Positions 42,560 to 53,798 of a stretch of DNA of 64,000 nucleotides are shown here, in pieces (position 1 is the first letter of the stretch; every line of letters begins with the position of its first letter). This stretch comes from Eledone cirrhosa (Eukaryota), in the NCBI GenBank assembly GCA_964016885.1, contig OZ024744.1, forward strand, positions 111,414,001-111,478,000, written 5' to 3'. Made by a program: the position numbers and the translations under genes. The notes beneath the pieces were generated by a model. It was given only the letters and a program-made list of their open reading frames with translations, did no database searches and had not been told where the DNA came from.

Positions 42560-42685
42560 TTCCACTGATGATTTATAAGTGCCCACCTAAATATATTCTT
42601 ACATGAATATATATTAGGCTTCTACATAAACTGGAAACATTCTCCCAAACTTGTAGAAAACTTATAATGAAACAATTGTTTGGAA
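42560..42685 (+). ncRNA. Type I hammerhead ribozyme, 97-nt branched stem II
   Basis: TTCCA-CTGATGA-T-TTATAAGT-[two hairpins]-ACTTATAA-T-GAAA-CAATTG-TT-TGGAA. Confidence 0.8.
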
Positions 42686-42891
42686 AGAGAGATATACTTT
42701 AACTTTAATTATATCTCATAAAATAATACAACTGGTTTTTCCACATTATACATATTGTTAGCACCCCAAGCACTTAAATTGGGTTTATATTTTAATATAA
42801 CCTAATGTTTGTTGAGTGAGATGGTTACCAGTCAGAGTTTAACTTTAAACTATCTCTGTTATTGTATTATATATATATATATATATATATA

Positions 42892-44000
42892 TCATAATCT
42901 ATAAAGCTCAGTGTGTGGTCATGCTCCTTCGTTATAGAAATCTACGATATAGAATTTCTTCAATTGAAATTTACAATTCAGTATTCGAAATAGTTTCGAT
43001 TGCGTCTTGACGCAGATAATCTTTTCAATTTCACCCACAATTACGCAAAAAATAGATAAAACTCAATATTTTACGATTTTTCTCTCTCATTTAAACTGCT
43101 GAACTCTTTCTACTACCATTCAAAATCTATACAACTTCATACTTACTGCTACTTTCTCTTTCCAAGCTTGATGGTGATACTGTCCGTTCACACCACTCCC
43201 TACTGTCTTAAATTTAGAAAACACATATCCTCTATGAGGTTACTAAACCTGCTAGAAACACCAGCTAACTCTCCCCCATATCACACCCCTCCCCACACCC
43301 CTCCCTACTGTCTTACATTTAGAAAACACATATCCTCTATGAGGTTACTAAACCTGCTAGAAACAGCAGCTAACTCTCCCCCATATCACACCCCTCCCCA
43401 CACCACTCCATACTGTCTTAAATTTAGAAAACACATATCCTCTATGAGGTTACTAAACCTGCTAGAAACAGCAGCTAACTCTCCCCCATATCACACCCCT
43501 CCCTACTGTCTTAAATTTAGAAAACATATCTTCTATGAGGTCACTAAACCTGCTAGAAACAGCAGCTAACTCTCCCCCATATCACACCTCTCCCTACTGT
43601 CTTAAATTTAGAAAACACATATCCTCTATGAGGTCACTAAACCTACTAGAAACAACAGCTAACTCTCCCTCATATCACAACCCTCCCTACTGTCTTAAAT
43701 TTAGAAAACACACATTAGACAACCATGCAGAACAACTCCATCGCAGCTCTGTTGTTCGGCTGGCACCGTCTACGGGCGTGTTGCGCAAGTACTGTGAAAC
43801 AATAAATTTCAACACTTTTTTGCACAGAGATAATATCCATAGGCGAAACTACAATTGTCACTGCTGGCGCAGCTCTTGCTTCCAGGTCTGCAATTCATTC
43901 ACCCAGTGCCTGGCAGACAAAAAAGTGCTGCCATAAAATGGGTGGTACAACCTAACTTTGGTAACTTAATGACCCCGAGCAACGCCGGGCTTTAATGCTA

Positions 44001-44001
<1 letters not shown>
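42892..44001 (+). mobile_element. Non-autonomous Helitron with internal 91-105-bp tandem repeats (43190-43712)
   Basis: 5' A|TC start; 3' hairpin CCCGAGCAACGCCGGG, then CTAG|T at 43998-44002; inserted in (TA)n. TACTGTCTT recurs at 43201, 43306, 43411, 43504, 43595 and 43688. Confidence 0.75.
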
Positions 44002-44068
<67 letters not shown>

Positions 44069-44077
44069 ATGTATATG

Positions 44078-44202
<125 letters not shown>

Positions 44203-44205
44203 ATG

Positions 44206-44289
<84 letters not shown>

Positions 44290-44905
44290 CTATAGAGTAA
44301 AGCATGTCCAGAGAATTATTTGATAATATATATATACATCATTTCTACTCCCAATTAGCATAATTAACCACACAAAAAATCAATTAGACCAGGCTATAAG
44401 AATAAAAGGCACCTATGAAGAAACAGTAAATAAATACGCTATATATATATATATGTATATATGTGTGTGTGTGTTTGTGAATGTGTCTGTTGACTTTTGG
44501 AATATAGCTTAAGAGAAACTTGAAGATAATGGTATGATAGGCACTCAATATTTTGAACTGGTTTATAGAATTCTCCTGGCCATTGTCACTCTATGTAGAA
44601 CCTTAAAGAATTTCCCTTTTATTTAAATCCATCAACCATGACTGACCCCCAATGATTTTATAGACACCTGAAATATAGGCATTGTTAGCTTAAGAGAAAC
44701 TTAAAAATAAGGAGTGGCACCCCATTCTGAACCTGTTTGTAGAATCTTTCTGCCTTTGTTACTCTAAATATAAATTATAGCTTTAAAGAATTAGCTTTTA
44801 TTGGATTCACTTTTCTATCAACCAATGACCTCCACCCATCCCACTCCCCACACTCTCCTACCACCTGAAGAGACCTATAAATGCCATATTTATTTTTGGA
44901 TAACC

Positions 44906-44956
44906 AGATTCCTGATGATTTCTAAAGAATGAAACAGTTCTAGTCCTGTAGAATCT
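44906..44956 (+). ncRNA. Type I hammerhead ribozyme
   Basis: AGATTC-CTGATGA-TTTCTAAAGAAT-GAAA-CAG-TTCTAGTC-CTG-TA-GAATCT. Confidence 0.8.
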
Positions 44957-45096
44957 CTTCTATATTAAAACTTTTATACTCTATGTATTGAGTACCTCCA
45001 ATTGGTTACCTCCGATTAAACCCGGAATAACGTATATATATATATATATATATATACGATATTAACAAATGGAAACTATATTTATAAAACCATATT

Positions 45097-45161
45097 TATT
45101 TCATTATACATATTTCAAGGATACCATGTTAAAATATGGTATGCCTTCATCAGACAAAATA
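45097..45161 (-). ncRNA. Minimal hammerhead (22345/31933 family), inverted partial copy at 45243-45395
   Basis: TATTTTGT-CTGATGA-AGGCATACCAT..ATGGTATCCTT-GAAA-TATGTA-TA-ATGAAATA. Confidence 0.7.
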
Positions 45162-45391
45162 CAATATATACCAGTTTTATAAATAAATATTGACATACCC
45201 TTTCAAAATGCAACCGTTACTTTTGGAAGACATCAGGATACATTGAAATATGTATAATAAAATAGATATGGTTTTATAAATATAGTTTCCATTTGTTAAT
45301 ATCGTATATTTACTCCAAATACTTGTCGAGTGCTTTATATCAGTTATAAAAATATTTGCTTGTTGTATCCCAACAATTTAAATAGAACTTT

Positions 45392-45450
<59 letters not shown>

Positions 45451-45964
45451 GACGTAAAATAAGAAAATTTTAAAAATTAAAAATTAACTTACTAAAATTT
45501 GAGTGAAAATTTTAGTAAGTAAGTTAATTTTTAATTTTTAAAATTTTCTTATTTTACGTCTTTCATATAATTGTTCTGCATCCCCCTGCATTGAACCACC
45601 TAGGTACTTTGACATAACTTATATATTTACTAGTATTAGTGTACAACTGTACGCATATGTTGGTAGATGTATTAATTCTATATATTTATCTCCAAATTAT
45701 TTGTTGAGCAAACTTGCCAAATCTACTGCTAATTCATAGTAGTAGTAGTAGTAGTAGTAGTAGGCTCTTGTCATAATACCACTCCTAACTGACTAACCTC
45801 AGTGTCACGTGATTGATTCTTTAGAATCCACCGCTGACCAGAGGCAGTGAACTTTTTCAGTGCTATGGAATTTAGTCCTCACTAGCTTATTACATCCACT
45901 GAATTATTATTTTTATATGGGTTCCTAGTGTCCGCGCATTGCCTGGGAACTTAGCTGAGAATAG

Positions 45965-46046
45965 ACTCCCTGATGACGTAATGAATTCTCGATAGTTACA
46001 TTGTGTAACTATATTTATCCCATTACAGAAACTAATTAGTTGGAGT
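45965..46046 (+). ncRNA. Hammerhead ribozyme
   Basis: ACTCC-CTGATGA-CGTAATG...CATTACA-GAAA-CTAATTAG-TT-GGAGT. Confidence 0.82.
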
Positions 46047-46493
46047 GAAAATTTTAGTAAGTTAATTTTTAATTTTTTTAATTTTCTTATTTTACGTCTT
46101 TAATATAATTGTTCTGTATCCCCCTGCATTGAACCACCTAGGTACTTTGACATAACTTATATATTTACTAGTATTAGTGTACAACTGTACGCATATGTTG
46201 GTAGATGTATTAATTCTATATATTTATCTCCAAATTATTTGTTGAGCAAACTTGCCAAATCTACTGCTAATTCATAGTAGTAGTAGTAGTAGGCTCTTGT
46301 CATAATACCACTCCTAACTGACTAACCTCAGTGTCACGTGATTGATTCTTTAGAATCCACCGCTGACCAGAGGCAGTGAACTTTTTCAGTGCTATGGAAT
46401 TTAGTCCCCACTAGCTTATTACATCCACTGAATTATTATTTTTATATGGGTTCCTAGTGTCCGCGCATTGCCTGGGAACTTAGCTGAGAATAG

Positions 46494-46575
46494 ACTCCCT
46501 GATGACGTAATGAATTCTCGATAGTTACATTGTGTAACTATATTTATCCCATTACAGAAACTAATTAGTTGGAGT
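46494..46575 (+). ncRNA. Hammerhead ribozyme
   Basis: Tandem copy of 45965-46046. Confidence 0.82.
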
Positions 46576-46754
46576 GAAAATTTTAGTAAGTTAATTTTTA
46601 ATTTTTTTAATTTTCTTATTTTACGTCTTTAATATAATTGTTCTGTATCCCCCTGCATTGAACCACCTAGGTACTTTGACATAACTTATATATTTACTAG
46701 TATTAGTGTACATCTGTACGCATATGTTGGTAGATGTATTAATTCTATATATAT

Positions 46755-47660
46755 ATAACTTTTGATAACTAGATAACTTAGGAAAAGCTACAGAAAAACT
46801 ACACGGGCCAACCTGGATTTAATTAACACGGAGGCCAATAGCATCATGACTAAACTAGGTATTGAGGATAAAACGGAACCCTTCCATCCTAGAACTCCAA
46901 GGATTTTGCTGAAAGACCACAAATTGGACTTTGAATCATCTAGACCTGTCAGGCTGATAGCCCCTTCGAAGTCGGACATAGGAATCGTAAGTAAAAACAT
47001 CCTTGATAAAATAATCCCCACTCTAGTTAGGAGATTGAAGCTCAAATTGTGGTCAGGAACTAGTGAGGTAATTAACTGGTTTGAGAAATCGTAGAATAAG
47101 AATAGCACAGAATAAGTTTATACAGTTCGATATCTCTAATTACTACTCTTCAATCTCTCCAACTCTTCTAGGTAGGGCCCTTAACTTTGCTAGTTTACAC
47201 ACCGACCTTGCATCCGAAGAAATTAACATTATTCTCCTAGTTAGGAAAACCCTAATTGAATTCAACGGTGACCTGTGGACCAGGAAGGATTGACCAGACA
47301 ATTTCGACATCACGATGGGATCCACGGACTCGGCCCAGGTGACGGATCTGGTGGGCCTTTACCTCCTTGACTGTCTCGGAGTGGAAATGCCCCACTTGGG
47401 AGGCGGCGCTTACCGCGACGACGTTTTGTTTACTGTGTTGTTCCATAATAATAGTATGGTAGAGAGGGTGAGGAAAAAACTAAGCAAATTCTTCAACAAC
47501 ATAGACCTAAATATAGTATATGAAGAGAACTTAAAGATAGTTAATTTTCTAGATGTTACACTTAACCTCAATTCAGGACTCTTCCAACCCTACCACAAAC
47601 CCAACGAGAATTTAAACTATGTCAACGCTAAATCGAACTAGCCTAGAATAGTCACTAACG
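46755..47660 (+). mobile_element. Penelope-like (Naiad-type) RT fragment
   Basis: LLKDHK..PVRLIAPSKSDIG, FIQFDISNYYSSI, FDITMGSTDSAQV, AYRDD, VNFLDVTLNL, PYHKPNE. Confidence 0.88.
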
Positions 47661-47792
47661 CGCACGGAACAGTGTGTCCACTGTAGCCATTGAAATATAT
47701 ATCACAGCATTATTATTAAAAGACTTGAACATCTGAAACTACTTCGCTTTTCCTTATTCTATATATATATATATATAGTTTTAATATAGAAG

Positions 47793-47843
47793 AGCTTCTA
47801 CAGGACTAGAACTGTTTCATTCGTGACAAACCATCAGGGAGCT
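47793..47843 (-). ncRNA. Hammerhead, homologue of 44906 (core CTGATGG)
   Basis: AGCTCC-CTGATGG-TTTGTCACGAAT-GAAA-CAGTTCTAGTCCTG-TA-GAAGCT. Confidence 0.6.
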
Positions 47844-48104
47844 GGCTGTCCAAGTAAGTAGTGGTATTTATATCTTTTCTTTTCTGGTGGTAGGAGAGGG
47901 TGGAGGTCATTGGTTGAAGGATTTAAAGAAAAGGAAGTTCATTAAAAGCTAATTCTTGAAAGCTATAGTATTAACAAAGGCAGGAAGAATGCTGTAAACA
48001 AAATCATATTTGGAATATCAATCCTAGTTTATCACTTAGACTAACAATGCCTGTAAGACAGGTGTCTACAGGATGGGTGGGGTTCAATGATTTAAAGCAT
48101 ATAC

Positions 48105-51100
48105 TCACAGAAGTGCCGACAACCAGCCGAAGGGATGATTCAATGGTCCCTTCACCAGACGATGAATGTAAGTGATCCTTTCTCACTTGCCCCGTTCCTC
48201 ACCCAACATGGCCGTATTCAGGATCGGAAGTGTAAACGTGCGTGGCTTGAGCTCGGTTTCGAAGCAGGGTCACTTGCTTAACGACCTCAGGTCACTAAAC
48301 ATAGATGTGGTGGCCATCAGTGAGAGCAGAATCTCCGAAGCACAAGCCTTCGCACCGATCTTCGGCGGCTACGATGTATACGCATCTCCCAGCCGTCCAG
48401 GATCGGGGAGAGGGGTTGCCGTCCTTTTTCGGAGAGGCTTGGATCTCGCCATACCGGCCATCTTCCTAGACCCAGAAGGTAAGTCGGTGGTGCTGGACGT
48501 GACCGGCAGCGAAGGCAATGCTTTCAGGCTAGTAGCCGTCTACGCCCCAACAGGGGCAGGACGGCCAGATTTCTTCAGACGTCTAGAGACCTTTCTTGGA
48601 ACGTCCCGCTCTTTAGTGTTAGTGGGCGACTGGAACAGTATCTTGGATGCACGCTGGGATCGTGTGGGGCTAGTGGATAGGGGAGGAGGGTGCAAGAGCC
48701 TCACCAACTTACTCAGACGTTTTGAACTGTCTGACAGGTATCGACTGGATCACCCGAATCTGCCAATGTGGACATGGACAAACCGTATCGGGTCATCCAG
48801 ATCGTATCTCGACAGGGTATTCTGCAGAGAACTAGATAAGGCTAGTATAAGTTGTCCGCAATTTAAAATAGTCGACTAAACAGACCACAAATTTGTGATC
48901 TGTGAGATCGACATAGACAGACTTCATAGACAAGGGCCTGGTTACTGGAAGCTGAACGCGTCTTTCCCGGCGCGCAAAGCCTACAGAGACCGGATTAGCT
49001 TATTAGTTAAGCGAGCGTTGACGGGAGCGGTCGTCAACAACAGGTGGTGGTTCACCCTGAAAAGGGCAATTAAAGTAGAGTCAATTAGGTTTAGCAAAGG
49101 AGTAGTGATAGAGGAAAATAGAGTAGAGGGAGAGCTAGTCAGAAAGCTAGAAGAGGCGTTTAGGACAGGCATCGCAACTGACGTGCTTGCGGCGAGATTG
49201 GCACTCGACCAATTCTTCAACGCAAAACACGAAGGCTGCGTTGTCAGAGCTAGAGCGCGTGCTCTGAAACACGAGGGGGACAAAAGCCGTCCAATGGGCC
49301 CGGGTGGCAGAGGCGCTACCTGGCAACAAAGCCACAATTCGGTCTTTGTCTGACCAAAACGGGTGCGTGATGCTCGAACCCGAGCGGATGTGTGAAGCTT
49401 TTCAGCAGCACTTTGCTGAACTGTTCGGGAGCAGCGGCGGCCCGGATCGGGGCATGGAGTTCAGTGCATACCTCGACGGTCTGCCTCGGCTCTTGACGAC
49501 CGCAGCACAGTGTTGCGAAAAGCCAACAACAGCCGTTGAAATACGGGAAGCGATGGCTAACTGCACAAGGGGTAAATCGCCAGGTTTGGATGGTCTGCCC
49601 TACGAGCTTTATGCATTTATACCAGACTTGTTCAGTGACCTCTTGGCAGACGTCTATTGCAACTGGCAGCAGAACGGCAGTATTCCCAGTTTTGTGAGCG
49701 CTGCCGAGAAAAGACCCGAACAAGGGGGATGTTATCGATAATTTCGGGCCCATAACCCTGCTAAACGCAGAGTTCAAGATTTTGGCCAAGGTGTTAGCAA
49801 CGAGGTTGGCACTTGTCGTCAAGGGTCTGGTGGGAGAGGCGCAGACATGCGCCATTCCGGACAGATCCATACACGACAACCTCCACCTGATGCGATACAT
49901 CATAGAGAGGGTGGTTAAGGAATCTGGCACGGGTGCGGCCCTGATCAACTTGGATCAATCCAAAGCATTCGATAGGGTAGACCATCGGTACCTGGCGGCG
50001 GTCCTTGAGGCAGCCGGTTTCAGGGGTTGGATCGCAGCGATGTACAGCGACATCTGCTCAGTTGTGAGGGTGAACGGTCACCTGTCGCAGCCGTTCAGCA
50101 TCATGCGCTCAGTCCGCCAGGGTTGTCCCCTCTCGTCCCTCTTGTGCGTATTTGCTCTCGAGCCGTTACTGCACAAACTGGGGGGCGATGAGCGGCGTCC
50201 CACGCGAAGTAGGATGCGGGAAATCCGATTCATCTGCTGTCAACACCCGTTGCGTGGAGGAGTGGGCATGCCATGGCTGATGATGCGCACACATGCGCTG
50301 AGGTTGCGACATCTCTTGTGCTTCCTTTGCGGTGAACAGGTGTGGTCGCCGTTCGCCAGGCACGTTTTCCCACAGCTCGTCTCCTTGACGGAGCTGCAGT
50401 CCTGGGTCAGAAAAAGACCGAGGGATAGCGCTTGGAAACTGGAATGTCTCCAGGCGCTCACTGCCCTCCCTCTGCCAGCTGGGCACCAGTATCGGTGGAA
50501 CATCCACCTCGGCGTTCAGTGGAGGGGAAGAGCGACGACATTCTTGGAGAGATCCTGGGCGTCGAAGAAGATCAGCTGTTTGCTCTCTTCCGGAGAACTT
50601 TCAGCCCAGGGCCTATGGATAACTTCCAAAAATCCCTGGCCTGGCAGTGCTACCGGGGAGCGCTGCCGGTTCGAGATAAGCTCTACAGGCACGGAAGTGC
50701 CGTCAGCCGAGCCTGTCCGAGATGCGCGCAGAGCGACGAAACCGTCATGCGACGAAACCGTCGTGCACGCACTCGTTCAGTGCCCGAGCATTGCTGACTT
50801 GTGGAGCTATGTCGAACAGTTGCTGTCGCGTGTAGGACTGATCCGGTTATCGACTGAGTCCATTGTGCAGATGGTCTCACCGTCTTCCTTCGAGGAGGAA
50901 GGGCTGGCGGTTTTCATCTACCTGGTGGCCATGGTGAAAGAGATTGTGTGGTGGACAAGGTTGAAAGGGTTAAAGACAGACACTTTCCTCTTCGGCGAAT
51001 CCCTAATTAACTTTTTCAAGTTTCACTTGAAGAGGAAAATCAGGGTGGAGAGGCAAGTGCTGTCTTCTAGCAAGTTTGTTGAAAGGTGGGTGAATGTAGC

Positions 51101-51471
51101 AAGAATGGTCCGAGTGAACGGGACCGCTCTGAATATACGTCTGTAGTTTGAGAAATGGAAAAACTGAGAGAGGGCGCTTGCCCTGGTGGTCAGGGTGGCC
51201 GTGGTCTTTTGTGTGGTTTTCGCCACGAGTAACCCTCGGAAGTTTCCCCCCTATTGGGGAATTTTTCATTGTTTCAATTTTCATTTTTATTGTTTATATA
51301 TATATATATATGTTTCTATGTCCTTTTTTTTCTTCTTTTCTTATATAAATAATAAAAATCTTTACACGAACAAAACCCACATCGTACCGTCCTGTGCCGT
51401 CTGTAATGTTTTTCTTAATGTCAGCCCTTGTGGCCAATAAAGAAATCATTATTATTATTATTATTATTATT
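48105..51471 (+). mobile_element. Tx1/L1-clade LINE, 5'-truncated; ORF2 disrupted (stop at 48877, frameshifts, about 0.46-kb deletion removing YADD); (TTA)n tail
   Basis: APE motifs (NVRGL, GDWN, YLDR, TDH), partial RT and zf-RVT. Collinear with 53660-57515. Confidence 0.93.
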
Positions 51472-51687
51472 GAATGCCATGGTTGACGGAGGCTCGGCTC
51501 TGTAAGGTATAGTAATTTTTAACCGTTAAAACAATTGTAAATTGTTTAAAACTTGAACCAAATTGTTGATAAAGACACCCTCCTCCTCGTGAGAGGGGTC
51601 TTTCTGTCCGTTATTTGGCCCTTCGGGGTTAAATAACCAGTTATTGGGGTTTTGTACCCAAAATTTCATTTTAAACAAAAAAACAAC

Positions 51688-53763
51688 ATGGCTACGAAAA
51701 AGAAATTTCATACGTCACTCCCACTCATTCCGTCTTCTTCTTCCTCAATCATCACTACAGCAGAGAGAAGATTGTCTCTCTCCCTCCCTTCTTTAAATGT
51801 GTCTCTCTCCCTCCCTTCTCTTTCGCAAGTGACGAAAGAAAAGAAAAGTCTCGTGCAAAGCGTGCAAGGTTTCTCCACGACGACGACGACACCGACGAAA
51901 CAGGTGTGCGGGAAATACGAAAACCCAGTTCATTCGTCTGACGTCAGGAATAATAGCAGTAGCAGCCGTAATAACAACAGCAACAGTGACAATGAAAACA
52001 ACAGTAGCAGCCGCAACAGCATCACCAGCAGCAGCAACACCAACAACAACCACAGCAACAGCGGCGGAGGCAGTAGTCGTAGTACCTGCAGCAACAACAA
52101 AAGTAACAGCAGCTCTGACGACAACAACAACAACAGCAGAGAAAAACCAATCTCATTTGCAGGTATTGCGAAAAACTTGGAAACAATCCTCATAACAAAT
52201 GAGGAATTAGAGGAAGCGAAGAAGATGGTGACAAAGAACGGACACCGAGCAATCTGCAAGGCAGCGGAAAAATTTTTCGAAACCCAAGAGCACTGTACGG
52301 TCACGTACCGTACAGTAAGTACAAAATCCCGTAGGGTGGAAAGAGCCACAGAGGCCCAAATACAAAAAGCCTTGGGGTCTGTGTGGCAGCGGAAAACGCA
52401 CATCACCCGAGGCAAAAAATATGCCACCGTAGACGTACTTTTTGCCACACCCCAGGAGGCAAAGGCCCAATCAGTAGTGACCCTAAGGAGCGAGGAAATG
52501 GTGTTGGTGCCCTCCTACTGTGGGCAAAAAATTGTGAGGGTCAAACTGACCCACGTCCCCCCCGGAATGACCCCTTCTTGGCTGGCCGCGTCTGTCCTCG
52601 TCGGAATCGAGGACAAAACAACTGTACTGCAAGTACAGAAAAAAGTAAGAGAAGATTGGGTCGGCTCCTCCATTGAGATGCTAATCCAAACCAACCAGGA
52701 GTGCATCGAAGCTATCCCGGATGTGATAGACTTCGACAACGGCACTCAACTGCCCATAAGTGTTGAGGGCAAACGCCCGAAATGCTTTCGCTGTGGATCG
52801 AAGACTCACCTCAGGGCCTTCTGCAACGAGAAGACCCCGAGAAAGGAGAAAACCCCCCTCCTTCCGAATCCGGCTCCACGGCTACCAGCAACAGGACAAG
52901 CGGCAACCAGGAACGATAGGTCCGTGGCACCCATACCCACGCCACGGAAATCAAAAACAGCAGCAGCAGTGGAAATACTAACAACAACAACAGCAATACC
53001 AAATGCAGCTGCAACAGAGACTCCAGTGCAAACATCACCAACAACAACAAGTGAAAGAGTGGAGCTGGTACCCCTCCCCGACCTCACAGAATCAGACATG
53101 GAGTGTGAGGTGGGAGAGAGATGGCAAAAGGTCGTAAGAAGGCACAAACGCAGAAGCAGCGCATCGTCGCCTTAGAAAAGGGAGGAAAGAAATGAGAAAA
53201 GGGTAAAGTCTACTGCAAAGAGACCCACAGCAACAACAACACCAACACCATCACTACCCACACTAGCACCACCATCACCACCGGCGACAACCCCACCGCC
53301 AACAACACCTTCAACACCACCACCACAAGCACCAACATCGCAAACACAACAACAAAACACACACACCCAGCAACAACGACAAGAAAATAGCAGAACCACA
53401 CCCCACCCCCAGAAAAACAAATGCACGGCAATAAATACACACAACAAGAAACTAATGACTTACATAATTGAACACACAGACATTTCACAACAGGACTACA
53501 TAATACCAGCACCAATCAAAACGCCAACTAACATAAGACTGCTAAAAATAGCACAGAAACAATACACAAATATTAAAACGAAATTCCCCAACGCAGTTGG
53601 TGATTTCAGGGACCTAGGAGGAACCATCAATCGAAGAGTATACTCAGACATTCTCTTAGAAGAGCCGACGACCAGCCGAAGGGACGATTCAACGGTCCCT
53701 TCACCAGACGATCAAGTGAAAAGGGATGTAAAAACCATCCCTCCTCTACCAAAAGTACGGTAA
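51688..53763 (+). CDS. LINE ORF1 (gag-like, CCHC zinc knuckle) with one in-frame TAG at 53173-53175
   Basis: CFRCGSKTHLRAFC fits CX2CX4HX4C. The frame stays open after the TAG to the TAA at 53761-53763. Confidence 0.8.
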
Positions 53764-53798
53764 GTGGTCTTTCCCATCTTTTCCACTCTATTTTAAAC

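Larger units (their letters stand above)
45446..46752 (+). mobile_element. Non-coding 529-bp hammerhead-bearing tandem array (about 2.3 units) with a 55-bp inverted 5' piece; diverged relative of 26007-27390
   Basis: Period 529 between the two hammerheads; (TA)n flanks. Confidence 0.85.

Noticed and set aside
51572-51606. HDV-like ribozyme suggested by TCCTCGTG in the LINE 5' UTR
   Set aside because: No P3 closure, P1.1 GG or J4/2 in register; the region folds as a simple hairpin.
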